DNA from: Candidatus Multivoradales bacterium
GTDB taxonomy: Bacteria > Acidobacteriota > Thermoanaerobaculia > Multivoradales > JAHEKO01
DNA: 64,000 nt
Assembly (NCBI GenBank): GCA_965223155.1
Contig: CBDCVR010000014.1
Location: forward strand, 801,793-865,792
Direction: 5' to 3'
Shown: piece by piece, positions 1 to 11,415 of the stretch
Layout of the letters: every line of letters begins with the position of its first letter
How positions within the stretch are numbered: the stretch's first letter is position 1
The notes under the pieces: model-generated
The model's database searches: none
Told to the model about the DNA's origin: nothing
Seen by the model: the letters and a program-made list of their open reading frames with translations, nothing else
Position numbers and translations under genes: made by a program

Positions 1-178
1 AACTTGCGTCGGGTCCGTGCCGTCGTTGATGGCTCCGTTAGGCGCATCCTGGTGTGCGCGCGCTGCCTTCGCAGTGGCAAAGTCCACAAGCCCGAGCCGC
101 GGACGTGGAGCCCGGCCGGCGCCGACGAAGCCGAAAGCTAGTGCGGCCACCTAGCCGGAACCGTCGTGGGAAGACAGG

Positions 179-2452
179 CTAGTCAGGTTCGGCCAGCAGA
201 TTTCCCATCGGCCGGTTGACCTCCAAGACGCCCGGCACTCCCAGGAGGGCCTTGCGGAGCCGTTCGAGCTGCGAACGGTTGCGCACCTCGACCAGGACCT
301 GGATCTGGCCGTGGCCTGTCTCGACAGTGTCGGCCTCGAAGTGCCGGATATTGCCGTCGAACTTGGCGATGGCTTCGGTCAGCTTGGCCAGCATTCCCTG
401 CTGGTCCTCGGTCTGAATGACCAGCCCGACCGGAAAGACCTCCTCGGTCGATCGCGACCACTGCACGTCGATTTCGCGGTCGGGGTTGTAGAGGAGGTTC
501 CGTACATTCGAGCAATTGACCGAGTGCACCGACACCCCCCGGCCCCGGGTGATGTAGCCGACGATCTCGTCACCGGGCAACGGATTGCAGCACTTGGCGA
601 GATAGGCCAGCAGGTCCTCGGCGCCACTCACGGTGACGGCGTCGGCGCCGAAGGGCAGGATCTTGGCGACCGCGGTCCGCAGGCGGCCCGGCTTGCCCTC
701 GACGGTGGCAAGCTCCTCACGGCTCAACGTCCGGTCGAGCAGGTTTCGCACCACGACCTTGCCGAACCCGATCCGGCTCAAGAGGTCGTCGCCATGGCCG
801 ATGCCTTCGGTCGAGAGGTACTTGCCAAGAGCCTCCGATTCGAGGAACCGCTTGAGGCTCATCTTGTGGCGCTTGAGCTCCCGCTCCAGCTGGCGGCGGC
901 CGATCTCGAGCGCTCGCTTCTTTTGCTCGGTGCTGAGCCAGTGGCGAATCTTGCTCTTGGCCCGCGAAGTTCCGACGAAGCTGAGCCAGTCCCGGGACGG
1001 TTTGCGAGACGGATGGGTCACGATCTCGACGATGTCGCCGTTTTGCAGGTGGCTCTTGAGAGGAACCAGCTTGCCGTTGACCCGCGCTCCCGCGCAGTGG
1101 TGGCCGAGCTCGGTGTGAATCTTGTAGGCGAAATCGAGCGGCGTTGCGCCGCGGGGAAACGACAGTACCTGCCCTTTCGGAGTAAAGGCGTAGACCTCGT
1201 CCGGATAGAGATCCAGCTTCAGCGTGGTCATGAAGGCCCGCGGATCTTCGACGTCGTTCTGCCACTCTAGGAGCTGGCGCAGCCACGAGACCTTGTGCTC
1301 GCCACTCTCGCTCTCGAGCTCACCCTCTTTGTACTTCCAGTGGGCGGCGATGCCCTCCTCGGCGATCACGTCCATGTCGCGGGTGCGGATCTGCACCTCG
1401 AAGGGCTGCCCGTTCTCGACCACCACGGTGGTGTGGAGCGACTGATAGAGATTCGGCTTGGGCATCGCGATGTAGTCCTTGAACCGGCCCGGAACCGGTC
1501 GCCAGTTCTGGTGCACCACGCCCAACGCGGCATAACAGTCGCGCATTTCTTCGGTGATGATGCGAAACGCCAGGTAGTCGTAGAGTTGCGCCAGCTCGAT
1601 GCCCTGGCGCCTGAGCTTGGCCTGAATCGAGTAGTAGCGCTTGATCCGGTAGCTGATCTCCGCCTCGATCCCCGCCTCTCCGAGCCGCTCCACGATGTGG
1701 GCGCGAATCGTCTCGATGGCGCTCCGCCCCACTTTCATCTTCTCGTCGACCTTTGCCCGTAGGGCGCCGTACTGGAGGGGATGCAGGTGGAAAAAGGCCA
1801 GGTCCTCAAGATCTCCTTGCACCTTGGACATGCCCAGGCGGCGAGCGATCGGAGCGTAGATCTCCAGCGTCTCGCGGGCGATCCGGCGACGGGAATCGGG
1901 CGCCATATGTTCGAGGGTCATCATGTTGTGGAGCCTGTCCGCCAGCTTCACCAGAATGACCCGGATGTCCTGGGCCGAGGCCAGGATCAGCTTGCGGAAG
2001 GTTTCGGCCTGGGCGTGATCCCGGCGCACGTATTCGTGCCGCCCGATCTTGGTGACGCCGTCGACCAGCGCGGTCACTTCCTCGCCGAAACGCTCGGCCA
2101 CGGTCGCGCGCTTGGTCAGCGTATCTTCGAGCACATCGTGCAACAGGCCGACCGCCACCGAGGTTTGATCGGCCCGGAAGCTGGCCAGAAAGTACGCCAC
2201 GTAGAGCGGATGAATCAAGTAGGGCTCGCCCGAGCGGCGCGTCTGCTCGGCGTGCATTTCGGCAGAGAACTCGTAGACGTCGCGCAGGAAGGCTTCGTCT
2301 GGGCTCCGGCCTTGACGCCGCATCTCGGCCAGGACATCCTCGAACTCGACCCGCTTTCTGGGCGGCGCGACGGGTGGCGGCGTGGCCCGGTTGACCAGGC
2401 GCTCTCTTAGGCTCGGCATGTTTCGAAGGGACGCCAGCGGCGGGTCCCGCAC
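179..2452 (-). CDS. rel: Bifunctional (p)ppGpp synthetase/hydrolase, RelA/SpoT (RSH) family
   Basis: 757-aa ORF with an N-terminal HD hydrolase motif region, a RelA/SpoT synthetase region, and TGS and C-terminal ACT-like regions. It sits downstream of secDF, which is the classical context. The true start may be Met12. Confidence 0.9.
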   Translation of the reverse strand: MRDPPLASLRNMPSLRERLVNRATPPPVAPPRKRVEFEDVLAEMRRQGRSPDEAFLRDVYEFSAEMHAEQTRRSGEPYLIHPLYVAYFLASFRADQTSVAVGLLHDVLEDTLTKRATVAERFGEEVTALVDGVTKIGRHEYVRRDHAQAETFRKLILASAQDIRVILVKLADRLHNMMTLEHMAPDSRRRIARETLEIYAPIARRLGMSKVQGDLEDLAFFHLHPLQYGALRAKVDEKMKVGRSAIETIRAHIVERLGEAGIEAEISYRIKRYYSIQAKLRRQGIELAQLYDYLAFRIITEEMRDCYAALGVVHQNWRPVPGRFKDYIAMPKPNLYQSLHTTVVVENGQPFEVQIRTRDMDVIAEEGIAAHWKYKEGELESESGEHKVSWLRQLLEWQNDVEDPRAFMTTLKLDLYPDEVYAFTPKGQVLSFPRGATPLDFAYKIHTELGHHCAGARVNGKLVPLKSHLQNGDIVEIVTHPSRKPSRDWLSFVGTSRAKSKIRHWLSTEQKKRALEIGRRQLERELKRHKMSLKRFLESEALGKYLSTEGIGHGDDLLSRIGFGKVVVRNLLDRTLSREELATVEGKPGRLRTAVAKILPFGADAVTVSGAEDLLAYLAKCCNPLPGDEIVGYITRGRGVSVHSVNCSNVRNLLYNPDREIDVQWSRSTEEVFPVGLVIQTEDQQGMLAKLTEAIAKFDGNIRHFEADTVETGHGQIQVLVEVRNRSQLERLRKALLGVPGVLEVNRPMGNLLAEPD

Positions 2453-2564
2453 CGGGCGCCCGCCTGGTCCCCGAACGAATTATAGGCTCCGCCGGAAGCC
2501 CGGCCGAACGTCACCAACGGTCCCCGCGCGGCCGGCGTCCCCGGGGGCGTTGACGGATCCCCGC

Positions 2565-3749
2565 CTAGGAAGCCGCGGCCCGGCTTTCCCGCCGGCGGGT
2601 CTTGGCGGCGCGGCCGAAGTACTTCTCCCAAAGCAGGGCGAAGGGGCTGGCCACGTACATCGAGGAGTAGGTACCGACGATGACGCCGATGGTCAGGATG
2701 AAGGCAAAGCCGCGCAGAACGTCCCCACCCAGGAAAAGGAGACAGCCGACCACGATGAGGGTGGTGCCGGAGGTGAGGACGGTCCGCGACAGAGTCTGGT
2801 TGAGGCTCAGGTTCATCGTCTCCTCGAGCGAGCTCGACCGCGAACGGCGTAAGTTCTCGCGCACGCGGTCGAACACCACGACCGAGTCGTTGACCGAATA
2901 CCCGACCAAAGTCAGAAAGGCGGCCACCGTCGTCAAGTTGAACTCGAAGCCGGCCAGAGCATAGAGACCGAGCGTGATCAAGACGTCGTGCACCACCGCC
3001 ACCAAGGCACCGATGCCGAAGCGCAGCTCGAACCGGAACCAGATGTAGGCAAGCATGCCCAGAAGTGAAAGAACGATGGCGTAGATGCCCTTCTGGCGCA
3101 GCTCGGAACCCACCTGGGGACCCACGTTCTCAGCCCCGAGGACCGTGAACTCTCCAAGCCTCATAGCCTCGCTCAGCACCGACGCGGTCTGCTCTGAGAC
3201 GCCGTTCAGCCCGGCCAGCTCCGACCAATCAACGATCAGACCCTGCGCCCGACGGTGGGCCAGGATGGCGTCAACCGCGGCTCCGTAGGGCTCACCCTCG
3301 GCCACGCTCGCGGGATCCAGAAGGCCGTCGGGATCGTGCCGATCCAGGAGCTCGAGGAATCCGAGCCGGCCTGTTTGATTGGCGTCCGGCCGCCCATCAG
3401 CCGCGAAAGCCTCTTCGAGGGCCTGGACGATCAGCTCGCGGCTACCTTCCTCGCTGCCCTCCGTAACGGGAGCCTTGATCAGGATCTCGTTGTCGCCGAC
3501 CGAACCGAAGCTCTGGATCACCGCGTCGTCTACGCCCGCGGCTTCCACCAGCCGGCGCAGCTCCTCGACCTCAGGTTGGTCGGCGAACTTGAGGGTCAGT
3601 TGGGTGCCGCCGGCGAAGTCGATGCCCAGATTCAACCGGTCCTGAACGAAGAGAATGATCACCGCCGCGGTCAGGAATGCCAGGGACACGAGTACCCAGT
3701 ACTTGCGGTACTTCATGAACTGAATGTTGGTATGGCGAAGGATTTCCAT
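2565..3749 (-). CDS. secF: Protein-export membrane protein SecF, with an enlarged periplasmic domain
   Basis: SecF-like N-terminus (MEILRHTNIQFMKYRKYWVLVSL...LGIDFAGGT) and C-terminal RND-like TM bundle. It lies directly downstream of secD. At 394 aa it is longer than typical SecF. Confidence 0.85.
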   Translation of the reverse strand: MEILRHTNIQFMKYRKYWVLVSLAFLTAAVIILFVQDRLNLGIDFAGGTQLTLKFADQPEVEELRRLVEAAGVDDAVIQSFGSVGDNEILIKAPVTEGSEEGSRELIVQALEEAFAADGRPDANQTGRLGFLELLDRHDPDGLLDPASVAEGEPYGAAVDAILAHRRAQGLIVDWSELAGLNGVSEQTASVLSEAMRLGEFTVLGAENVGPQVGSELRQKGIYAIVLSLLGMLAYIWFRFELRFGIGALVAVVHDVLITLGLYALAGFEFNLTTVAAFLTLVGYSVNDSVVVFDRVRENLRRSRSSSLEETMNLSLNQTLSRTVLTSGTTLIVVGCLLFLGGDVLRGFAFILTIGVIVGTYSSMYVASPFALLWEKYFGRAAKTRRRESRAAAS

Positions 3750-3792
3750 GTCCGGTATCCGATGTTCGGCTAGTTGACGGGGACGCGGCCTG

Positions 3793-5364
3793 CTAGATCG
3801 AGAGCCGGTCGACCCGACGCCGGCGCGAGAGCATGAGGTCGAAAATCCAGCGACTGACGAAAATCGCGGTAAAGAGGGAGGCCAGGATTCCCACCGACAG
3901 GGTGACCGCGAAACCCCGGATCGGCCCGGTGCCGAACTGGAACAAAAACAGGGCCGCGATCAGGGTGGTGATGTTGGCATCCAGCACCGAGGACAGCGCT
4001 TTGCCGAAGCCGGCGTCGATGGCCGAGCGCACGGTGCGGCCGTGACGGAGTTCTTCCCGGATGCGCTCGAAGACCAGAACGTTGGCATCGACGGCCATAC
4101 CGATGGTAAGGACGATTCCGGCGATTCCGGGCAAGGTCAACGTAGCGCCAAAGTAAGCGAGAGCCGCGAAGATCAACACGATGTTGAGCGACAGCGCCAG
4201 TACCGCGTTGATGCCCGTGCCCTTGTAGACGACAAACATCGCCAGGATCACCAGTCCCATGCCGAGCAAGCCGGCCTTGAGTCCCTGATCGATCGAGTCC
4301 TGGCCGAGAAACGGCCCGACCGTGCGCTCCTCGAGGTAGGTGATGCCGGCTGGCAAGGCACCTGAGCGCAGCACGGTCGAAAGGTCTTCGACCTCCTGCC
4401 GCGTGTAGGAGCCTTCAATGATGCCGCTGTCCCCGATCTGCGCCCGAATCGTAGGCGCCGATTGGATCTTGCCGTCGAGGACGATGGCCAGGCCGCGGCC
4501 GATGTTCTGGCCGGTCACTTCCGAGAACCGCTCGCCGCCCTCGTGGGTCAGGAAGAAATTGACGATCGGCTGATTGAACTCGCCCAGAGCGGGGCGGGCG
4601 TTCTTGAGATCGCGCCCGGTGATGACCGAGCTCGCCTGCACGGCGTAGTACTCATCGGCAATGGTCCGGCCTTCGGAATCCCGCACCGGCGTGGGCAGGA
4701 TCTCGAGGTTCGGGGGCAGCGTGCCGCCGTAGTTGGCCAGGATCTCCTCCCGGCTGGCGGCGGGACCGCCGGTCGGGTACTCCACCAAGCGGAAGTCGAG
4801 GAAGGCCGTGTTCTTGATCAACCCCTTGACCCGCTCGGGGTCTTCGACTCCGGGCAGCTGCACCACGATCCGATCACCCTCGAGGCCCTGGCGCTGAATG
4901 ATGGGCTCGCTCACGCCAAACGCGTCGATTCGGTTGCGAATGGTCTCGAGTGCCTGCTTGACGGCCAGGTTTCGGATCTCGTTGGCGTTCTGGGCCTTCA
5001 TTGCGAAGGACAGGCCCGCGCCGCTGCGCTGCCAGTTCCAGCCAGGAAGAAATTCGTTGACCGCCTCGGTCACGTCCTCGTCGTAGCTCGCCGGCACCCC
5101 CAGCACTTCGAACGACGTGGAATCGGCGACCGTGGCGCTGGCGCCGGCCGCACCCGCCTCGCGCAGCTCCTGCACCAGGCGCGCCTGGTCCTTGTCGGTC
5201 TCGGAGCGCAGAGCGTCTTCGGTCTTGACCTCCAAGACGAGGTGGATGCCGCCGCGCAGATCCAAACCCAGCTTGATCTTCTCGCGCAATGGATGAGCCA
5301 CCAGGACGCTGCCCAGCACGATCGCACCGATCAGAAGTCCCTTCCAGAGCAGTCCGCGCTTCAT
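3793..5364 (-). CDS. secD: Protein-export membrane protein SecD
   Basis: 523 aa; signal-anchor, LDLRGGIHLVLEV motif, SecD periplasmic domain and C-terminal TM bundle. Its start overlaps the yajC stop by 1 nt. Confidence 0.9.
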   Translation of the reverse strand: MKRGLLWKGLLIGAIVLGSVLVAHPLREKIKLGLDLRGGIHLVLEVKTEDALRSETDKDQARLVQELREAGAAGASATVADSTSFEVLGVPASYDEDVTEAVNEFLPGWNWQRSGAGLSFAMKAQNANEIRNLAVKQALETIRNRIDAFGVSEPIIQRQGLEGDRIVVQLPGVEDPERVKGLIKNTAFLDFRLVEYPTGGPAASREEILANYGGTLPPNLEILPTPVRDSEGRTIADEYYAVQASSVITGRDLKNARPALGEFNQPIVNFFLTHEGGERFSEVTGQNIGRGLAIVLDGKIQSAPTIRAQIGDSGIIEGSYTRQEVEDLSTVLRSGALPAGITYLEERTVGPFLGQDSIDQGLKAGLLGMGLVILAMFVVYKGTGINAVLALSLNIVLIFAALAYFGATLTLPGIAGIVLTIGMAVDANVLVFERIREELRHGRTVRSAIDAGFGKALSSVLDANITTLIAALFLFQFGTGPIRGFAVTLSVGILASLFTAIFVSRWIFDLMLSRRRRVDRLSI

Positions 5365-5684
5365 CAGGTCCGCTCCTCCTGGCCCTGGAGTCCGGCAACC
5401 GCCGACTTGGAGACCTTGATCCGCACGTTGTCCGCGACCTTGAGGACAACGACACCTTCTTGAACGGCCACCACCTCGCCGTGAAGGCCGCCATTGGTGA
5501 TTACCTTGGCGCCCTTCTCGAGGCCGTCGACGAGCTGTTGCAAGGCCTTCTGGCGCTTGCGCATCGGCGCGATCAAGAGCAAATAGAAAATGCCGAAGAT
5601 GATCAGGATCGGCACCAACTGGACGAAGGCACTGGGCTGGCCTGAGGCCTGGGCGAAGGCGAGCAACAAGGTATCCGTCATCAA
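5364..5684 (-). CDS. yajC: Preprotein translocase subunit YajC
   Basis: 106 aa; single TM (LVPILIIFGIFYLLLIAPMRKRQK) followed by the conserved YajC C-terminus. It sits between tgt and secD. Confidence 0.85.
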   Translation of the reverse strand: MMTDTLLLAFAQASGQPSAFVQLVPILIIFGIFYLLLIAPMRKRQKALQQLVDGLEKGAKVITNGGLHGEVVAVQEGVVVLKVADNVRIKVSKSAVAGLQGQEERT

Positions 5685-5703
5685 TCCGTGTCAGCGGGCC
5701 GAG

Positions 5704-6891
5704 TCAGCGGGGTCGTTCGGGGGGGTCGTCGCCAGCGTAGACCGTAGCGAAGTTCTTCGCCCAGGACGCCGTCGTTCCGGACGCGATAGCTTTCCTGAGA
5801 TCCGCCATAAAGTCAAGAAAGAAGCGGACATTGTGGAGTGTCGCCAGGACCAGTCCGGTCGCCTCGCCGCTGCGGATCAAGTGGTGGAGAAGCGCCCGCG
5901 GGACTTGCTTGCAGCCCGGACAGGAACACTCGCCGTCCACCGGCCGCGAATCGCGCCCGTAGCGCGAGTTCTTGATCCTGAGCGGCCCCTTGTGGGTAAA
6001 GAGAAACCCGTGGCGGGCGTTCCGGGAAGGCAGCACACAGTCGAAGACGTCCACCCCCGAGCGCACCGCGTGGAGAATGTCCTCCGGCGTTCCAACGCCC
6101 ATCAGATAGCGGGGCTTGGCGGCGGGCAGCAGCGACGGCGTCGAGGCGACGACGCTGCGCCGCTCCTCGAGCGACTCCCCCACGCTCACCCCGCCGATGG
6201 CATAGCCCGGGAAGTCGAGGGCCGCGAGCTCGCTTGCTCCGCGCTCGCGCAGGGCCGGAAAGACTCCGCCCTGGACGATGGCGAAGAGCTGCGTGGCGCC
6301 CTCGCGCCATGCCTCCCGGGCTCGGCGAGCCCATCGGTTGGTCCGGTCCAGGGCTTGGGCGACCTCTGACTCGGTCGCTGTCGGAGGCGGACATTCGTCG
6401 AGCATCATGGCGATGTCCACGCCCATCCGCTCCTGGTCGCGAACGACGCTTTCCGGTGTGAAACGCAGCGCCGCCCCGTCGACGTGGCTCTGAAAGGACA
6501 CCCCGTCCTCGTCAAGGGTCCGAAGCCTCGACAGGCTGAAGACCTGATAGCCGCCGCTATCGGTGAGGATCGGGCGCCGCCAGCCAGTGAACGGGTGGAG
6601 CCCACCGAGGGCTTCGATGCGGTCGATTCCGGGCCGTAGCGACAGATGGTAGAGGTTCGCCAGCATGACCTGAGCGCCGAGGCGCTCAAGGGCGTCGGGC
6701 GATATCCCCTTGACCGCACCCGCCGTACCGACCGGAAAGAACACAGGGGTCTCGACCACCCCGTGGGCGAGCTCCAGCCGGCCCGTCCGGGCCAGCCCGT
6801 CAGTGGCCGTTATTCGGAAGCGCCCGGGCCGGGGCGGCTCCGGTCGCTCCGCGCCAGACCGGCTTGAGCCCGAGGAAACGGTCGTGGACAT
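5704..6891 (-). CDS. tgt: Queuine tRNA-ribosyltransferase (tRNA-guanine transglycosylase)
   Basis: 395 aa; RFRITATDG...ARTGRLELAHGVVETPVFFPVGTAG N-terminal Tgt signature and a C-terminal Zn-binding Cys/His cluster (CSCPGC...HH). Part of the conserved tgt-yajC-secDF cluster. Confidence 0.85.
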   Translation of the reverse strand: MSTTVSSGSSRSGAERPEPPRPGRFRITATDGLARTGRLELAHGVVETPVFFPVGTAGAVKGISPDALERLGAQVMLANLYHLSLRPGIDRIEALGGLHPFTGWRRPILTDSGGYQVFSLSRLRTLDEDGVSFQSHVDGAALRFTPESVVRDQERMGVDIAMMLDECPPPTATESEVAQALDRTNRWARRAREAWREGATQLFAIVQGGVFPALRERGASELAALDFPGYAIGGVSVGESLEERRSVVASTPSLLPAAKPRYLMGVGTPEDILHAVRSGVDVFDCVLPSRNARHGFLFTHKGPLRIKNSRYGRDSRPVDGECSCPGCKQVPRALLHHLIRSGEATGLVLATLHNVRFFLDFMADLRKAIASGTTASWAKNFATVYAGDDPPERPR

Positions 6892-6921
6892 CGCTTCTCG
6901 AGGCCGGAGAAGTCCGCGAGC

Positions 6922-7656
6922 TCAGCGTGAGCCCGAACGGCCTTCCAACTCGACCAAGCGCACGTTCACTCCGTCCGGAAGAACCAGTTCGAAGCGGCCT
7001 TCGGGCAGGCTCTGGTTCATCCGCAGGTCGCTGAACCGATACTCGGTCAGATCGCCGTCGCCCTCGACGTAGCGCAAGCGCACGGGCAGGAAGTACTCTG
7101 GGTGAAGCCAGAGGTCCATACTGGCGAGCCGCTTTGCGACCTGTTCGAATCGAGGCAAGAGCTCGAGGTGCAGGGGATCGCCCTCGGCGGCGGGCATGTG
7201 GAGCGAGACCGAAAAGTATTCGAGCAAGGTATCCAGCGAGGTGCTCGCTCCGAGGTAGCGCAGGACCTGGTCCGAGCGCTTGCCGACGCTCGCCCGCTCG
7301 ACCTGTCCCATGTCCCGGTACCAGGTCGTCATCACGCGATCTCTGATGACCAGCGAGATCGGCTCCGGCTCGACGTAGTCCCAGCGAACCTGATCGGGAG
7401 ACCGGTAGACAAAGAAGCCGCTCGACTCGCTGGTCCCGACCAGGAGCTGGCTTTCCTTGATCTGCACGAACTGGGATTCCAGGGTCTCGAGCGATGCATG
7501 GACCGCGCGCACAGTCTCGACCAGCGCATCCAGACGCTGGGTTGCCGACAGGCTCGAATCCAGAATCTCCTCGCGTCGATCCGTATCGACCGCAGGCGCC
7601 GCCCTGAGCGCGCCGCCGGCAACGAACGAGCCGGCCACGATCAACATTGAGACCAT
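6922..7656 (-). CDS. LolA-like periplasmic lipoprotein-carrier/sorting family protein (hypothetical)
   Basis: The ORF is open to 7767. Internal Mets at 7656/7647 begin a signal-peptide-like stretch (MVSMLIVAGSFVAGGALRAAPAV). The remainder resembles LolA-like beta-barrel proteins. Start is uncertain; 7767 is possible. Confidence 0.45.
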   Translation of the reverse strand: MVSMLIVAGSFVAGGALRAAPAVDTDRREEILDSSLSATQRLDALVETVRAVHASLETLESQFVQIKESQLLVGTSESSGFFVYRSPDQVRWDYVEPEPISLVIRDRVMTTWYRDMGQVERASVGKRSDQVLRYLGASTSLDTLLEYFSVSLHMPAAEGDPLHLELLPRFEQVAKRLASMDLWLHPEYFLPVRLRYVEGDGDLTEYRFSDLRMNQSLPEGRFELVLPDGVNVRLVELEGRSGSR

Positions 7657-8493
7657 GACACCAACCGACGGGTCGAAGGAGGACCGTCGGCGCGGTGAGG
7701 CGGCGTTGCCTGCCTTCTTCCCGTGTGGGATCTGGTCGGCGGCGGCTTCGGAGTGGGAATCGTTCATCGTATGGATCTACCTGGCGGGTCGCTTGGTCAG
7801 ATCGAACCGGGATCTCGTACGGAGCGTGGCGCGGAGTCGCGCACCTGTAAGGAACTGCAAGAGCCGGACCCACCCCTCTGGAACCGATCTGTCCGGGCTG
7901 AAGCGGGTCGAGCCCCACCGGAGCCGGCCCCGGCCACATGCCCGACCCATTTCCACCTACCAATCTGATCCCGAATCCGGACTCTCTCGCCTCACCCCCC
8001 GCCTGGCTCCGTTCCCACCAGCACTTCCGGCGTGCCGGGCCGTCCGATCCTAGACGACCGCCGGCACCAAGGCAAACGGGCCTTGAAGACCGAGATTAGA
8101 CAAAAATTCGGTGCATCTGAGCGCTCGGGGGAAAAATCGGCGCGCCCCGCCACTTTCCAGGCGCTGTTTCGAAGCCGGCGACCCTCCCGGATCAAATCCA
8201 TTTTCTTCTTGTTTCGAGGCTGGTTAGCTCGCACTTCCCAGGCCGCCCTGGAGCCCGCGCCAACTGGCACAAACCGTGCTCTTTCAGCCAATCGTTCGCG
8301 CATTTTCCGAAAGCAGGCACAACCATGATTGAAGACCTTATCGACCTTCTGCTTCAGATCGAAGGCTTTCTCTGGTCCGACTGACGGTCCGGCCCTCCGG
8401 AAGCAGCACCCCTTGTTGCTCCGACAGGCGCTACGGCACCCACGAAGGCCCGGGACGCCGCCGCCAGGCTCCAGACCGCGAACCGAATCTTTC

Positions 8494-8523
8494 TTGACAC
8501 CCCCAGGGGCCGATGCTAGCTTC
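8494..8523 (+). promoter_or_regulatory. Candidate sigma70-type promoter (TTGACA-N17-TAGCTT) upstream of the FYDLN_acid gene
   Basis: Perfect -35 TTGACA at 8494-8499. After a 17-nt spacer comes a weak -10-like hexamer, about 25 nt before the ATG at 8550. A possible sigma54-like TGGCAC-N6-TGC lies at 8265-8279 further upstream. Confidence 0.25.
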
Positions 8524-8549
8524 CCGCCCCACAAAAGGGAGCGGGCAGA

Positions 8550-8699
8550 ATGGCGACAGAAGTAGATCTCGGAACGAAACACGAGTGCGAGAACTGCAGC
8601 ACCAAGTACTACGACTTGGGCAAGTCAGAGCCCGTCTGTCCTCAGTGCGGAGCCGGCCTCGACGGTGAAGAGCCGGCCGCTGACGACGAAAACGAATAG
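8550..8699 (+). CDS. FYDLN_acid family zinc-ribbon protein (TIGR02300-like); small ORF absent from the supplied ORF track
   Basis: 49 codons: [49 protein letters not shown]. It has the pattern CxxC...[KR][FY]YDL[GN]...CxxC followed by an acidic tail. An AGGGAG RBS lies about 8 nt upstream of the ATG. Confidence 0.7.
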   Translation: MATEVDLGTKHECENCSTKYYDLGKSEPVCPQCGAGLDGEEPAADDENE

Positions 8700-8913
8700 T
8701 CAATCGGGCCGCTCGAACCGAGCTGAGCGCCCCCACGCGGCGTAGTCCGGCACGGCACCCGGCGCCGGCGTCCGGCCAGAGCCATAGGCGTCAGCGGAGC
8801 CAGGCGGCCTGAGAATCCCTGTCGTCTCCGCGGCGCGCTCCCCCCCGGGCCGAGCCCGCGACCCGACCGAGCAAGTTGCAACGGCAGGCGGCGTTGACTA
8901 GGGTCGATCGGAC

Positions 8914-10164
<1,251 letters not shown>

Positions 10165-10191
10165 CCCTGCCGGAAACCAGCGGAGAGCGAC

Positions 10192-11415
10192 GTGGCTGAC
10201 CCGGCAAGCGCCAAGGGCGTAGCCGCCTCGTACCGTGATCCCATCCACGGGTTTATCCACGCCGACGAGCTGGAGCACGCCCTCATTAACAGCGCGCCCG
10301 TCCAGCGCTTGCGCTCGATCCGGCAGCTCGGGTTCTCCTACCTGGTCTTCCCCGGCGCCGAGCACAGCCGATTTAGCCATGTGCTCGGTGCCATGCATCT
10401 GGCCGGACGCGTCTACGATGCGCTAGCGCTCAAGGCGCCGGACCTCCTCGAGGCCGGTTCCACCGCCCAGGACCGCCGGCTCGTGCGCCTCGCGGCGCTG
10501 CTCCACGATGTCGGCCACGCGCCTTTCAGCCACTCTGCCGAAGATCTCTTCGAAGATGGCATCGATCACGAGGAGATGACCCGCCGCATCTTACGGGCCG
10601 GGCCCCTGCGCGAGCTCTTCGAGCGCCATGGAGCCGGCCTCGAGACCGAAGCGGTCGCCGAGCTTCTGGCCAAACCGTCGCACCCGCGCAAGCGCCTCCT
10701 GGCGCAGGTGATCTCGGGCGAGCTGGACGTTGACAAGATGGACTACCTGCTGCGCGACAGCCTCTACTGCGGCGTTCGCTACGGCCACTACGACCTGGAC
10801 CGGCTGCTCGAAACCTTCGAGCCGATCCGGGACCCCGAGACTGGCGACTGGGGGCTGGGCGTCCACGAAGGCGGCGTACACGCGGTCGAAGCCCTGGTGA
10901 TGGCCCGCTACTACATGTTTACCCAGGTCTATTTCAACACCACCGGCAAGGCCCTGGAGCTGCATTTCAACGATTGGCTGCGCGAGCGTGGCCTGCGCTG
11001 GCCGTCCGCTCCCGAGCGCTTTCTGGCCCACGACGACGTCTCCACCCTGGCGCGGATGCGAGACAGCGACAGCCCGCACGCCCGGGCGGTGACCTCGCGC
11101 GCGTACTACCCGCTGGCCTTCGAGACTCAGGAGCACCTGAGCCGCGATGAGAAGGTGGCCTTCCGCGAGGTCCTCGACGCGATGCGGCGGCGCTTCGGAG
11201 CCCAGGAGCTCCTGGTGTCGAACTCGGCCAAGGATCCGCACCGGCTGGGCCAGGCCCGGGTCCTGGTACGGCACTCGGACGGCAAGCTGCGGCCGATGGA
11301 AGACTCGAGCCAGTTCATCCGGCACCTGTCCCGCATCGACCGGTACCGCATCTACACCAAGCCCGATATGCGGGCCTCGGTCGCGGCGGCGTTCGCCGAG
11401 GCCTGGCAATACTAG
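10192..11415 (+). CDS. HD-domain phosphohydrolase, dNTP triphosphohydrolase-like (COG1078/SAMHD1-like)
   Basis: HSRFSHVLGAMHLAG...LLHDVGHAPFSHSAE...ELDVDKMDYLLRDSLYCGV metal-binding HD motifs. Confidence 0.75.
   Translation: MADPASAKGVAASYRDPIHGFIHADELEHALINSAPVQRLRSIRQLGFSYLVFPGAEHSRFSHVLGAMHLAGRVYDALALKAPDLLEAGSTAQDRRLVRLAALLHDVGHAPFSHSAEDLFEDGIDHEEMTRRILRAGPLRELFERHGAGLETEAVAELLAKPSHPRKRLLAQVISGELDVDKMDYLLRDSLYCGVRYGHYDLDRLLETFEPIRDPETGDWGLGVHEGGVHAVEALVMARYYMFTQVYFNTTGKALELHFNDWLRERGLRWPSAPERFLAHDDVSTLARMRDSDSPHARAVTSRAYYPLAFETQEHLSRDEKVAFREVLDAMRRRFGAQELLVSNSAKDPHRLGQARVLVRHSDGKLRPMEDSSQFIRHLSRIDRYRIYTKPDMRASVAAAFAEAWQY

Noticed and set aside
311-1270. 319-aa plus-strand ORF (and others) inside rel
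   Set aside because: Antisense to the RelA/SpoT gene; the same reasoning applies to 4462..5463 versus secD, 10591..11409 versus the HD gene, and 19108..20265 versus the DsbA-like gene.
6800-7963. 387-aa minus-strand ORF overlapping tgt and the LolA-like gene
   Set aside because: It is in a different frame from two supported genes and has Arg/Pro/Gly-rich composition.
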